Source of the DNA: Pseudomonadota bacterium
Lineage (GTDB): Bacteria > Pseudomonadota > Alphaproteobacteria > Caulobacterales > Parvularculaceae
Assembly (NCBI GenBank): GCA_049324555.1
Contig: JBMOOR010000157.1
Span: forward strand, 23,563 to 87,562
DNA length: 64,000 bases
Direction of reading: 5' to 3'
Position numbers and translations under genes: made by a program
Part shown: in pieces, positions 45,895 to 56,505 of the stretch
Layout: each line of letters begins with the position of its first letter
How positions within the stretch are numbered: the stretch's first letter is position 1
The notes under the pieces: model-generated
Told to the model about the DNA's origin: nothing
The model's database searches: none
What the model saw: the letters and a program-made list of their open reading frames with translations, nothing else

Positions 45895-46255
45895 CGGATT
45901 CGGCTGTTTTCTAACTTACTCCCGGATCGAGGGCGCTTCAATGCGCCAGCCTATGCATCCGCCTTCGTTCGTACGCTTCGCGTCGCTTACGCGAGATTCA
46001 TTCAGCTTGCAGCGGCCTATCTTACAAACTGACAACCGCTTGTTTTTCTGTTCCCTTTCTGACTCACCCCTCACCGAAAACTGCTTGACACATCCCTTCG
46101 GAGGGCAACTCTCTATCCTGCTGAGCTCCGGATGCTGCAGGATATCCCTTAGCCGAATGAGGGTGAGCGGCCAACGCTGGCAAAGCGATGCCGATTTCAC
46201 GCCTCGTTGGCGGCCCACAAGCTCGGTCATGCTTAGCCGAAGGGAGATCTTCGCC

Positions 46256-47176
46256 ATGTCGCTTCTACGCTTCGCCGCAGCCATCGCCCTTTTTGCCGCC
46301 GCTTTCGCCGCCTGCCCTTCCCTTGCGAAAGAGGCGGACGCCGCTGCGAAAATCGCGGCTCCGCCGCTTTGGCGCATATCGGACGGAAAAAGCACGGTCT
46401 ATCTATTTGGCGAGATTGGCCTTGCGCCGGAGAAGGCGGACGCTGGCGCGCGCTGGCGCACGCTCGCAGTCGTCAAAGCGATCGATGAATCCGAAACCGT
46501 ATGGCTCGAAGCGCCTGTCAGGGAGCCGGAAACGCAAGCGGCCGCCAACCGCATCTTCTCTGAGGAGGGCATGCTCCCTAAAGGCCAGCGCCTGTCCTCC
46601 AACATGCCGCCAGAAACGGCGATCGCGCTCAGCGGCGTCGCCGCGAAGGCGGGCCTTGCGGCAGGCGCGCTCGAACCGCTGAAACCCTGGGCTGCCTTTG
46701 TCGTTCTTTCTTCTCGGGTCAATGCGGAGAGAGAGGGCGGCGAGACGATTGAGGAAGCGATCCTCAAAGAGGCGCGCGGGCGGGGGCGCAACTTGCGTTA
46801 TTTCGATACGGTCGAAAATTCGCTCCGTATTCTGACGGATATGCCTCACGAGACGCAGACGCAAATGCTGGCGCAGCTCGTCGCCGATTTTGACCGCCAG
46901 CGCTCCGGCGCGGAGGCCGGCTTCGAGGCGTGGCGAACCGGAGACCTCGCCGCGCTCGACGCCTATCTCATCGCGAGGATGCGCGCCGATGCGCCGGAGG
47001 CTTATGAGCTGCTGGTCGTGCGCCGCATAAAGTCGCTGGCGAACGGCGTTGGCGCGGCGCTCAAAGATGGCCGGACGGCGTTCATATCGCTGAGCGCCAG
47101 CTATCTTGTCGGACCGGACGCCCTGCCCGTTCGCCTTCAGGAAATGGGCCTGTCGGTCGAGCGCCTTGGCGAATAG
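46256..47176 (+). CDS. TraB/GumN family protein
   Basis: Signal peptide; PPLWRISDGKSTVYLFG, LKPWAAFVVL, WRTGDL, ASYLVGPD. Confidence 0.8.
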   Translation: MSLLRFAAAIALFAAAFAACPSLAKEADAAAKIAAPPLWRISDGKSTVYLFGEIGLAPEKADAGARWRTLAVVKAIDESETVWLEAPVREPETQAAANRIFSEEGMLPKGQRLSSNMPPETAIALSGVAAKAGLAAGALEPLKPWAAFVVLSSRVNAEREGGETIEEAILKEARGRGRNLRYFDTVENSLRILTDMPHETQTQMLAQLVADFDRQRSGAEAGFEAWRTGDLAALDAYLIARMRADAPEAYELLVVRRIKSLANGVGAALKDGRTAFISLSASYLVGPDALPVRLQEMGLSVERLGE

Positions 47177-47277
47177 AGAACCGCCGCTGACGCCGGGTTC
47201 AGAAAAGCTGACAGGGCGCCCGCTTGACAGGGCGCAGGTTTGCGCCTTTCTCGCCCTGTCCAGTCAGGAACCGCATT

Positions 47278-48303
47278 ATGGAATTCAAGGTCGCAGTCGT
47301 CGGCGCAACAGGCAATGTCGGGCAGGAAATGCTCGCGATTCTTGATGAGCGTCAGTTCCCGGTCAGCGAAGCCTTCGCCATCGCCTCGCGCCAGTCGATC
47401 GGCCGCGAGATTTCCTTCGGCGACCGGACCTTGAAATGCCGCGATCTTGAGACGTTCGACTTCTCGAAAGTCGATATCGCCCTGTTCGCCGCCGGCGGCG
47501 TTGTCGCCAGGGAATGGGCGCCGAAGGCGGCGCGCGCCGGCGCTGTCGTCATCGACAATTCGTCGCATTTCCGCATGGACCCGGACGTGCCGCTGATCGT
47601 GCCGGAAGTGAACGCCGACGCCGTGCGCGGGTTTTCGAAGAAGAACATCATCGCCAATCCGAACTGCTCGACCGCGCAGCTTGTCGTTGCGCTGAAACCC
47701 CTGCACGACGCCGCGACGATCAAGCGCGTCGTCGTTTCGACCTATCAGTCGACCTCCGGCAAGGGCAAGGCGGCGATGGATGAACTCTTTACGCAGACGA
47801 AAGGCATCTACGTCAACGACGCGCCGACGCCGGACGCGTTCACCAAGCAGATCGCTTTCAACGTCATTCCGCATATCGACGTCTTCATGGAGGACGGCTA
47901 CACCAAAGAGGAATGGAAGATGGTGGTCGAGACGAAGAAGATTCTCGACCCGAAAATCAAGCTGACGGCGACCTGCGTGCGCGTTCCCGTGTTCGTCGGC
48001 CATTCAGAAGCGGTGAATGTCGAATTTGAGCGGCCGATTTCCGACGATGAAGCGCGGGAAATCCTGCGTGAGGCGCCGGGAATCCTCGTCGTCGACAAGC
48101 GCGAGGACGGCGGCTACGTGACGCCGGTCGAATGCGTCGGCGAATTCGCAACCTATGTGAGCCGCATTCGCGTCGATCCGACCGTCGATAACGGCCTTTC
48201 CTTCTGGTGCGTCTCCGACAACCTTCGCAAGGGTGCCGCATTGAACGCCGTGCAGATCGCCGAAACGCTGATCAATCGCGGGTTGCTGAAGAAGGCCGCG
48301 TAA
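47278..48303 (+). CDS. asd: Aspartate-semialdehyde dehydrogenase
   Basis: VVGATGNVG, IANPNCST, TCVRVPV, SDNLRKGAA. Confidence 0.97.
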   Translation: MEFKVAVVGATGNVGQEMLAILDERQFPVSEAFAIASRQSIGREISFGDRTLKCRDLETFDFSKVDIALFAAGGVVAREWAPKAARAGAVVIDNSSHFRMDPDVPLIVPEVNADAVRGFSKKNIIANPNCSTAQLVVALKPLHDAATIKRVVVSTYQSTSGKGKAAMDELFTQTKGIYVNDAPTPDAFTKQIAFNVIPHIDVFMEDGYTKEEWKMVVETKKILDPKIKLTATCVRVPVFVGHSEAVNVEFERPISDDEAREILREAPGILVVDKREDGGYVTPVECVGEFATYVSRIRVDPTVDNGLSFWCVSDNLRKGAALNAVQIAETLINRGLLKKAA

Positions 48304-48339
48304 AAGGGCGCGTCGGCGGCGGCGCAGACGGAGTTAGCC

Positions 48340-49104
48340 ATGCGCGTTTTCGCGGGCCTCGCCACTCTCGCCTTCCCGGCCGCCGCCCTTGCCGCGCCGC
48401 CCGCCGGATATGAGGCGATCTACGACGCGCCGACCCGCGTCAATATGGGCGGCCGCCCCGTCACCGCCGATATCGCACTTTATACGGATCGCACGGCGGC
48501 GAAAAAAGGCGATCTCAAACTCGTTCTCGTGACCGACGTCACCGACTTCATCATCGACGTCGAAAAGGATCTCGAAAAATGGGTGGCGACGCATCAAGAC
48601 CGATGCGGCCAGCAATGGAACGCCGGCAAACCGCTGATCGATTTTCCGAAGGGCGCCATCCGCTTCGCCCTCGATATTGAACTCGAGGTCTGGAATTGCG
48701 GCTGGGACGGCAAGGGCGAGCCGGGGCGCATGATGCTTGAGACCGGACGGGTCGATGTGACGCTTATTCCCGCCGCTGTCGACGGCAAGCTTCAGGCGAG
48801 CCTTGGAGACTTGACGATCGACAACCGCAGCGGGGTTTCGAAATATCTCCCGCTTGAGTTTGTGACGCGCTCGATCATCGAGCAAGAATTGAAGAAGCTC
48901 AATCAGAATCCGAAATTCTACAAGGCGCCGAAACCCTTCATCGACGAAGGCTTCGCTTATGAAGCGATCGCCGGCGATACGGGCGCCGACAAGCGCGTTC
49001 TCATCACGGCGCGTTATCGCGCCAAAGGGCCCGAAAGCGCGCTCAAAAGGGTCGCCGACCGCGTGCGCGCCGAAGGGATCAGCGCGGAAGGCGTCAAGAA
49101 ATGA
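48340..49104 (+). CDS. Exported hypothetical protein
   Basis: Signal peptide MRVFAGLATLAFPAAALA; ATG, codon style and operon position consistent. Confidence 0.7.
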   Translation: MRVFAGLATLAFPAAALAAPPAGYEAIYDAPTRVNMGGRPVTADIALYTDRTAAKKGDLKLVLVTDVTDFIIDVEKDLEKWVATHQDRCGQQWNAGKPLIDFPKGAIRFALDIELEVWNCGWDGKGEPGRMMLETGRVDVTLIPAAVDGKLQASLGDLTIDNRSGVSKYLPLEFVTRSIIEQELKKLNQNPKFYKAPKPFIDEGFAYEAIAGDTGADKRVLITARYRAKGPESALKRVADRVRAEGISAEGVKK

Positions 49105-50027
49105 GTCAAGCGACGGCGAACGCCGAAGCCGCGCACGCGGAGCTGAAACTCGGCCTTCTCTGCGGCGTCATCGCCTATGCGCTGTGGGGCCTGTTTCCGC
49201 TTTATCTGAAACAGCTCGCCCCGGCGACGCCCACCGAGATCGTCGCCCAGCGCATCCTGTGGTCGGTGCCGTTCGGCGCATTCATCCTCAGTCTGCGCGG
49301 ACAATGGCGCGAAACGCTCGCTGCCGTGAAATCCCCGCGCGTCGTCGCCCTATTGGCGCTCGCCGCCGTGTTCATCGCCGGCAACTGGCTCGTTTATGTT
49401 TGGGCGGTCGCCAATGACCGTGTGCTGCAGGCGAGCCTCGGCTACTATATCAACCCGCTGATTTTCATCGCGACAGGCGTCGTCGTCCTCAAAGAGAAGC
49501 TTAGCCATCCGCAAATCGCCGCGGTCGCGCTTGCGGCGATCGGCGTCAGCGTACTGACGTTTGGCGCCGGCGTCTTTCCCTGGCCGTCTTTTGTTCTCGC
49601 CTTCAGTTTCACCGCCTACGGCTATGTCAGAAAGACGACGCCCGTCGGCGCGATGCCAGGCCTTTTTATCGAGACGGCGCTCCTTTCGCCGTTCGCGCTC
49701 CTCTTCCTCATGAACCTCCAATCGCAGGGGACGCTGGCGCTCGGCCATCACAGCCTTGAACTCGACATTCTGCTGTTCCTCGCCGGGCCCGCCACAGTCG
49801 TGCCGCTTGTGCTCTTTGCTCTCGCCGCGCGGCGCTTGTCGCTCACCGTCATCGGATTCCTTCAATATATCGGACCGACGGGGCAGTTTTTTCTCGGGCT
49901 CTATTACGGCGAGAAATTCACGCTCGCCCATGCGATCTGCTTCGGCCTGATCTGGACCGCGCTGGCGCTCATTAGCATCGACGCGATCCGGCGCAATCGC
50001 AAACCCATGCCGACGCGCGAGGCGTGA
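49101..50027 (+). CDS. rarD: EamA family transporter RarD
   Basis: YALWGLFPLY, LQASLGYYINPL, YGYVRK, IGFLQYIGPT. Confidence 0.93.
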   Translation: MSQATANAEAAHAELKLGLLCGVIAYALWGLFPLYLKQLAPATPTEIVAQRILWSVPFGAFILSLRGQWRETLAAVKSPRVVALLALAAVFIAGNWLVYVWAVANDRVLQASLGYYINPLIFIATGVVVLKEKLSHPQIAAVALAAIGVSVLTFGAGVFPWPSFVLAFSFTAYGYVRKTTPVGAMPGLFIETALLSPFALLFLMNLQSQGTLALGHHSLELDILLFLAGPATVVPLVLFALAARRLSLTVIGFLQYIGPTGQFFLGLYYGEKFTLAHAICFGLIWTALALISIDAIRRNRKPMPTREA

Positions 50028-50436
50028 TAGCCTATCGCCCGCCTTGGCCCTGCTTTTTTTGCGCGCGTTGCTGTTTTTTCGGCCTTCCATGCGGGTCGCA
50101 GCCTGAAAAGGCGCCCCTTTGTCGCTCGAAAGGGCATCCCAATTAACCAGAGCGCAATGCGGGGCGCGCTTCGGACGACTTGCTGTCCGCCGCTTGCGTA
50201 TTCTTTTTGCGTTTGCAGCCGCCAACAGCCGCCTCCGCAACACCCAACTTGTCAAAGAGCCGCGAGCGAGGCTCGCGCCTCTCTCGCACATTTAATGGAT
50301 GAGATGGAAAATTCCGTCGCACTTTCAAGCATCGGTTTGATTGTATTTTTCATGCGCCCGACTCGCCTCCGTGGCGAAAACGCCCGGAGCTCAGGCGCTT
50401 AATCGGGATCGCTTTGGGCGACGCTATTCAGACATT

Positions 50437-50868
50437 TCACCCGGCGCTCTGATTGATCCGTTTCAGCGTTCCAGAAAAAGCGAGCAACGGCTCGCCCTCG
50501 CAGGTGACGAGCCCGCGTGCGAAAAGCAATGATTTTCCGATTTTTGTCGGCTCGCCCGTCGCAATGATGAATTTGCCGACCCGCCCCGGACCGATAAACT
50601 CCGCATTCACCGTAACCGTCACTGCGCGGAACGGGCCAATGACGCGCCTGCAAATATCCCACAGCGACATGTCCGCGAGCGTCAGAAGCGCGCCGCCATG
50701 GACGATGCCGCCGGCGTTCGCGTGATGCGGCTGCGATAGAAATCCGCAGCCCGGCTCCTTTTGCGAATAGTCGCGAAAATAGAACGGTCCCGCATGGGCG
50801 CTGAACGTGTCGGGAAAGGACTGCAGCTTCCAGCCATCCGGAATCGCATCGGAGTTATTCTCTGTCAT
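50437..50868 (-). CDS. PaaI family thioesterase
   Basis: GPFY...HANAGGIVHGGALLTLAD. Confidence 0.9.
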   Translation of the reverse strand: MTENNSDAIPDGWKLQSFPDTFSAHAGPFYFRDYSQKEPGCGFLSQPHHANAGGIVHGGALLTLADMSLWDICRRVIGPFRAVTVTVNAEFIGPGRVGKFIIATGEPTKIGKSLLFARGLVTCEGEPLLAFSGTLKRINQSAG

Positions 50869-50958
50869 GGCGCGGCTTTAGCCGAACGGCGCGCCGAGGC
50901 AAGCGCAAGCTGCAGCGAAATGTTGCGAAAACCGCCGCCGCCGGCGCATGGTCGCAGA

Positions 50959-51957
50959 ATGAACGGCTTTCCTGATCCGCAATTTGTCGATGCCGGCGGC
51001 GTGAGGCTCGCGACCTATTCCGCTGGCGACGGCCCGTCGGCGAAGGCCGGCAACGCGAACGATCCGCCCATCATCCTCATCCACGGCTGGCCGGAAATCG
51101 CCTATTCCTGGAAGAACCAGCTCGGTCCCCTCGCCGCCGCCGGCTATCGTGCGATCGCGCTTGATCTCAAAGGTTTCGGCCGGTCGGATGCTCCGAAGGA
51201 GAAGGCGCTTTACGACATTCGTCATATGACGGACGATCTTGCGCGTCTGCTCAATGCGCTGTCGATCGACAAGGCGGTCTTTTGCGGACACGACTGGGGC
51301 GGCGCGATCGTGTGGCCAATGGCTCAGCTTCATCCCGATCGCGTCCTCGGCGTCATCGGCGTCTCAACGCCGCATCGCCCGCCCCCGCCGACGCCGCCGC
51401 TTTCCATCATCGAAAAGCGTTTCGGCCTGAAGCATTATTTCATGCAGTTCCAGGAGCCGGACGCGCCCGAGGCTTTATTCGCGACAAACATCGACCGCTT
51501 CTTCCGTTTGATGTTCAGGCGTCCGCCTGCGATGGCCGAGGTCGAAAAGCCCGGCGTCAGGATTTTCGATCTTCCTGGAAGGTTTCGCGACGGGCCGGCG
51601 CCCGATCCCGCTGACGCCATCCTCGACGAGAAGGATCTCGCCGTTTATGTCGACGCCTATCGCCGTTCTGGATTCACAGGCGGGATCAATCTTTACCGCA
51701 ACATTGACCGCAATTGGGAGATCATGCGCGAATTCGATCCTGTCATCCGGAAACCGGCGCTGATGATCAGCGCGGAAAGAGATCCGTTCCTGCCGCCGTC
51801 GTCAGCCGATGGGATGGAGGCGCTCATTCCTGATCTGGAAAAGGCGCTCATCAAGAATTGCGGGCACTGGGTGATGTGGGAGAAGCCCACGGAACTCAAC
51901 AAATTGATGATCGGATGGCTCAACCGACGATTCAAATCTCATTCGTCGAAAATTTGA
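50959..51957 (+). CDS. Epoxide hydrolase-like alpha/beta hydrolase
   Basis: HGWPE, GHDWGG, GINLYRN, CGHW. Confidence 0.88.
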   Translation: MNGFPDPQFVDAGGVRLATYSAGDGPSAKAGNANDPPIILIHGWPEIAYSWKNQLGPLAAAGYRAIALDLKGFGRSDAPKEKALYDIRHMTDDLARLLNALSIDKAVFCGHDWGGAIVWPMAQLHPDRVLGVIGVSTPHRPPPPTPPLSIIEKRFGLKHYFMQFQEPDAPEALFATNIDRFFRLMFRRPPAMAEVEKPGVRIFDLPGRFRDGPAPDPADAILDEKDLAVYVDAYRRSGFTGGINLYRNIDRNWEIMREFDPVIRKPALMISAERDPFLPPSSADGMEALIPDLEKALIKNCGHWVMWEKPTELNKLMIGWLNRRFKSHSSKI

Positions 51958-52059
51958 CGAAAAGCGCGCGCCTTCTTTTCGACAAATCTCCGACGCGCGC
52001 GTAAAACTTTCGCGACGGATTGCGCCGAGGCTTTCTCTGAAGGGAAGGGAGAGGGCGCA

Positions 52060-52365
52060 ATGAGATTGATTGCATTCATTGCCGGCGCAGGACTCATGAT
52101 TGCGGCGGCGCCCGCCGGGGCGCAGGATCGCGAAGCTGAATATACGCTCTTTGGCGTGACGCGGACTGAGATTCGGCGCGGCCATGAGATCACAAGCTTT
52201 GAGCTCGCGGGCGCTCCTATTTCGGTCACCGCCTACGGACGAAAAGCCCGCGCGCGCCTCTTTGATTCGCGGGAAGCGCTCCGCGAAGCGCGCGTGATGA
52301 GCCGCGTCTACGAGGGTGCGCCTCGCCCGGCGCTGATCACTGTCGAGATGCGCCTCAGTTTCTGA
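52060..52365 (+). CDS. Small exported hypothetical protein
   Basis: RBS GAGGG; signal peptide ending PAGA-Q. Confidence 0.6.
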   Translation: MRLIAFIAGAGLMIAAAPAGAQDREAEYTLFGVTRTEIRRGHEITSFELAGAPISVTAYGRKARARLFDSREALREARVMSRVYEGAPRPALITVEMRLSF

Positions 52366-52374
52366 ACGGGCCGA

Positions 52375-53001
52375 TCAGTGCTTGCGCAGCGCTTGCGCGC
52401 GGCGGGCGTTCGCCTCAATCCCCGCCCAGTCGCCGGCGGCGATCATCGAACGGGTCGCGATCCAGGAACCGCCGACGCACGCGACATTCGCGAGCGCCAG
52501 ATATTCAAGCGCCTTCTCTGCGCTGATGCCGCCGGTCGGGCAGAACCGGATGTTCGGCAACGGCCCAGCGATCGCCTTGAGATATGGGATGCCGCCCGCC
52601 GGTTCCGCTGGAAAGAATTTCATGGCTATAAAGCCCGCCTCTGCGGCGCTCATCGCCTCGCTTGGCGTTGCAACACCCGGCAGCGATGGCGCTCCGCTCA
52701 TTGCGAGCGCATCAAGAAGCGCCCGGCTTGCGCCGGGACTGACGAGAAACTCAGCGCCGGCGGCGAACGATCGCTCGACGTCGCCGGGTGAGCGCAGCGA
52801 CCCCATGCCGATGATGAGCGAAGGGGCCGCCTTCTTCATCGCGGCGACGGCGTCGAGCGCCGCTTCTGTACGCAGCGTCAGTTCGACGACGCGCAGTCCG
52901 CCGTCAGCTAACGCCCGCGCAAGCGGCGCGGCGTCGGCGAGCCGGTCGAGTTCGAGGACCGGAATGACGCTCGCTTCACTGAGAATATCACGAATGCTCA
53001 T
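52375..53001 (-). CDS. eda: KDPG/KHG aldolase
   Basis: VVELTLRT, FLVSPG, MKFFPA, FCPTGGI. Confidence 0.95.
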   Translation of the reverse strand: MSIRDILSEASVIPVLELDRLADAAPLARALADGGLRVVELTLRTEAALDAVAAMKKAAPSLIIGMGSLRSPGDVERSFAAGAEFLVSPGASRALLDALAMSGAPSLPGVATPSEAMSAAEAGFIAMKFFPAEPAGGIPYLKAIAGPLPNIRFCPTGGISAEKALEYLALANVACVGGSWIATRSMIAAGDWAGIEANARRAQALRKH

Positions 53002-53953
53002 GGCCGCTTTCCTGCAACGCAACTGCGGCTCCGATCAGCGCCGCGCCTTCCTTGACAATCATCCGGATTGGAACGTCGTCGACATAGTCGCGCATGCGCC
53101 CCTTATCGAGGAAACGGTCGACAAACTCGCTCTTCAAGAAGAGATCGCTGATCTTCGGCAAAATGCCGCCCCCAAGAACGACCCCGCCCCGCGCGCCGGT
53201 TGCAAGCACAGCATCGCCGGCGACACGACCGAGAACCGCGCAGAACATGTGAACGGCCTTGATTGCGATCGGATAGGCGCCGGCAAGCGCCGCGGCCGTG
53301 ATTTCATCGGCGCGCAGCGAAACGCGATGCGTGTCGGAAATGGCGCAAAGGGCGCGATGCAGGTTGACGAGGCCGCGCCCGGAAAGAAGCCGCTCGACCG
53401 AAACGCGGGGATGCTCGCGAGCGATGAATTTCATGACGGCGATTTCTTCTTCGGTCCGCGGCGCAAACGAAACATGCCCCCCTTCCGTCGCCACGATCCG
53501 GCGCGTTGAATCGAATGGGACAATGAGCGCCTGACCAAGCCCAGTCCCCGGTCCGATGACGAGCGTCGGCGCAGTCGGATCACCAGGCGCTTCTTTGACG
53601 GGCAAGAAAAAATCGCCAGGAAGGTGAGCAACGCTCGCGGCCAATGCATAAAAGTCATTGACCACGAGAAACCTTTCGAGCCGCAGCGCCGCGCGAATCT
53701 CGTCCGTCCGGAATTTCCAGTGGGAATTCGTAAAGGTGATCTCCTCGTTCCCAACCGGCCCTGCTATCGCGAAACAAGCCTGTTTCGGCTTTGCGACGAT
53801 CGATTCGAGATAGGCGCTTGCGGCATCGCGAATGGTCTCGAAGTCCTCCGCGCGAAAATTCTGCACTTCCGCGATGGCGTGCGTTGCGCAGTCGGCGAGA
53901 GCAAAACGCGCGTTGGTGCCGCCGATATCCGCGACGAGTATCTGTTCACTCAT
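52988..53953 (-). CDS. glk: Glucokinase
   Basis: [35 protein letters not shown]. Confidence 0.95.
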   Translation of the reverse strand: MSEQILVADIGGTNARFALADCATHAIAEVQNFRAEDFETIRDAASAYLESIVAKPKQACFAIAGPVGNEEITFTNSHWKFRTDEIRAALRLERFLVVNDFYALAASVAHLPGDFFLPVKEAPGDPTAPTLVIGPGTGLGQALIVPFDSTRRIVATEGGHVSFAPRTEEEIAVMKFIAREHPRVSVERLLSGRGLVNLHRALCAISDTHRVSLRADEITAAALAGAYPIAIKAVHMFCAVLGRVAGDAVLATGARGGVVLGGGILPKISDLFLKSEFVDRFLDKGRMRDYVDDVPIRMIVKEGAALIGAAVALQESGHEHS

Positions 53954-55781
53954 TGAATTCCTCCAGGGCGAATGTCATGGTGCCCTCTTCCGCGCTGCTG
54001 ACGCTCACGCGCATCGCAGCGAAAAGCTCGCGGCCGGATCCCCATCTCTCTCTGTCGAGATCTGGGGCGGCGAGCGACCGCTCTGCGAGCGTCGCAGGAT
54101 CGACGCACACTTCGAGCACGCCCCTTTCCGCATCGAGCAGAATGACGTCGCCGTCGCGGACACGCGCGATAGCGCCGCCGTCGAGCGCCTCCGGCGATAG
54201 ATGGATCGCAGCCGGAACCTTTCCGGATGCGCCCGACATGCGTCCGTCCGTCAACAGCGCCACCCTGAATCCTTTGTCCTGCAGAACGCCAAGCGGCGGC
54301 GTCAGCCGGTGCAGCTCAGGCATGCCATTGGCCTTCGGTCCCTGAAAAGGAATGACAGCCACGAAATCGCGATTGAGTTCGCCCGCCTTGAATCGGTCAA
54401 CAAGGTCCTGTTGCCCCGTGAAGACGATGGCTGGCGCTTCGATGACGCGCCGGTCAGGCTTCACTGCCGAAATCTTGATCACCGCCCGGCCGATATTGCC
54501 GTCGAGAACGACAAGGCCGCCGGTCGGCGCAGCCGGCGCCACCGCCGTCGTCAGAATACTGTCATTTCCGGATTTCGCTGGCGCTGGCCGCCACGTAAGC
54601 GCGCCCTTTTCGAGCGCCGGCGACTGCGCGTATCGACGAAGGCCTTCGCCAGCAACCGTCTTGACGCCTTCGTGCAGGAGCCCGGCGTCAAGCAGTTCGC
54701 GAATGACAAAGGCGAGCCCGCCCGCCGCGTGGAACTGATTCACATCCGCCGACCCATTTGGATAAATCCGCGCGAGCAGCGGGGTCACAGCGGAAAGGTC
54801 GCTGAAGTCAGTCCAGTCGATAACAATCCCGGCCGAACGAGCCATCGCGATGAGGTGGATCGTATGATTGGTCGACCCGCCCGTCGCGTGAAGGCCAACG
54901 ATCGCATTGGCGATCGCCCGTTCGTCGATGACATCATAAAATGGAATGTATTCATCGCCGAGCGCTGTCGTTCGAGCAGCGCGGCGCGCGGTCTCTTCAA
55001 CAATTGCATCGCGCAGCAGCGTACCTGAATTGACGAAGGCCGATCCTGGAAGGTGGAGGCCCATCACCTCCATCATCATCTGATTGGAATTCGCCGTCCC
55101 GTAGAAGGTGCAAGTTCCCGGCGAATGGTAGCTTGCGCTCTCCGCCGCTAGCAACTCGTCCCGGCCGACTTTGCCTTCCGCATGCAACTGGCGCACACGC
55201 GACTTTTCGTCATTGGTAATGCCGGACGTCATCGGACCCGCCGGCAGGAACAAAACGGGCAAATAACCGAAGCGCGCCGCGCCGATAAACAGTCCGGGCA
55301 CGATCTTGTCGCAAACGCCGAGCATGATCGCCGCGTCAAACACATTGTGCGAGAGCGACACTGCTGCAGCCAGCGCGATCACGTCGCGGGAGAAGAGGGA
55401 GAGATCCATGCCGGGCTGACCTTGGGTGACGCCATCGCACATCGCCGGAACGCCGCCCGCGATCTGCGCCGTTGCGCCAAGGCCTGAAAGAGTCCGCTTG
55501 ATGATATCGGGATAAGCGCCAAGCGGCTGGTGCGCCGATAGCATGTCGTTATATGCGGTGACGATCCCGATATTGGGGCCGTCGCCTTTTGCGATGCGCC
55601 GCTTGTCGTCAATCGAGCAGGCGGCCGCCGCATGCGCCAGGTTTCCGCACGAAACCTCCGCCCGATGCGGTCCCTTGGAAGCTGCGGCGCGCATCTGGCG
55701 AAGATACGCTTCACGACGTCCGCGACTGCGCTCGCGGATGCGATCGGTGACGCGCAATAATATGTCGTTCAATCTGGCCAC
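53946..55781 (-). CDS. edd: Phosphogluconate dehydratase
   Basis: [45 protein letters not shown]. Confidence 0.97.
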   Translation of the reverse strand: MARLNDILLRVTDRIRERSRGRREAYLRQMRAAASKGPHRAEVSCGNLAHAAAACSIDDKRRIAKGDGPNIGIVTAYNDMLSAHQPLGAYPDIIKRTLSGLGATAQIAGGVPAMCDGVTQGQPGMDLSLFSRDVIALAAAVSLSHNVFDAAIMLGVCDKIVPGLFIGAARFGYLPVLFLPAGPMTSGITNDEKSRVRQLHAEGKVGRDELLAAESASYHSPGTCTFYGTANSNQMMMEVMGLHLPGSAFVNSGTLLRDAIVEETARRAARTTALGDEYIPFYDVIDERAIANAIVGLHATGGSTNHTIHLIAMARSAGIVIDWTDFSDLSAVTPLLARIYPNGSADVNQFHAAGGLAFVIRELLDAGLLHEGVKTVAGEGLRRYAQSPALEKGALTWRPAPAKSGNDSILTTAVAPAAPTGGLVVLDGNIGRAVIKISAVKPDRRVIEAPAIVFTGQQDLVDRFKAGELNRDFVAVIPFQGPKANGMPELHRLTPPLGVLQDKGFRVALLTDGRMSGASGKVPAAIHLSPEALDGGAIARVRDGDVILLDAERGVLEVCVDPATLAERSLAAPDLDRERWGSGRELFAAMRVSVSSAEEGTMTFALEEFNE

Positions 55782-55791
55782 TTAGAGCCTC

Positions 55792-56505
55792 CTACGGCGC
55801 CCAGCAGGCCCAAAGGTCCGGACGCATTCTCAGAATTGCGCGAACAGGCATGTCCGCGACATTGCCGCCGGCGCTCGCATGTTCAAACGCTGCGCGCTTG
55901 TCTTCGCCGGCAATGACAAGACAGATCGCGCGTGCGGATGCAACTGCGCCGAGCGTCAATGTCATCCGATCGAGATGATCGCCGGTGACGCTGCTTTTTT
56001 TGGCGCGCACGGCGGCGAGGCGCGATCCCGCAATCGAAAGCGCATCGTCAAGGCCCTCGCAATCCGGAAACCACGACGCCGTGTGACCGTCATTTCCCAT
56101 GCCGAGCACGACTGCATCAAACGGCCCCTCGATTTGCTCCAACCGTGTTTCAGCGGCGCGCAATCCCTCGCCCGGCGAGGGCGCCGGCGACCACAGGCCG
56201 ATGAGTTTGAGGCTCCCGGCTTTCCCGCTTTGAAGCGTTCTGCGGACGAAAGTCTCATTCGACCCGGCCTCGCCCGGCGAGACCCAGCGTTCATCGACAA
56301 GGATCGCCGTCACTCTGGCCCAGTCAAGCGATCGCCCCGCGAGCTTCCGGTAAAGCGCTTCGGGAGTTGAACCGCCCGAAACCGCAATGCTTGCGGACCC
56401 GCGTTCTGCGATGGCGCGTCCAAGCTGCGCTTCGAGATAATCAGCGAGACGCTCAGCGGCTGCAGTGCGCGAGGCGAAGGCGATCAAAGACGGGTCAAAG
56501 CCCAT
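55792..56505 (-). CDS. pgl: 6-phosphogluconolactonase
   Basis: SGGSTP, DERWV, LGMGNDGHTASWF. Confidence 0.93.
   Translation of the reverse strand: MGFDPSLIAFASRTAAAERLADYLEAQLGRAIAERGSASIAVSGGSTPEALYRKLAGRSLDWARVTAILVDERWVSPGEAGSNETFVRRTLQSGKAGSLKLIGLWSPAPSPGEGLRAAETRLEQIEGPFDAVVLGMGNDGHTASWFPDCEGLDDALSIAGSRLAAVRAKKSSVTGDHLDRMTLTLGAVASARAICLVIAGEDKRAAFEHASAGGNVADMPVRAILRMRPDLWACWAP

Noticed and set aside
45900-46250. Possible riboswitch or sRNA between the tRNA and TraB/GumN
   Set aside because: Only short hairpins (CCCT-TCGG-AGGG); no consensus I can support
46256-47176. TraB/GumN protein as part of the conjugation system
   Set aside because: Lies beyond the tRNA boundary; the family is a common chromosomal peptidase-like group
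50028-50436. 400-bp gap between convergent rarD and thioesterase genes
   Set aside because: No convincing ORF or structured RNA; short ORFs lack RBS and motifs
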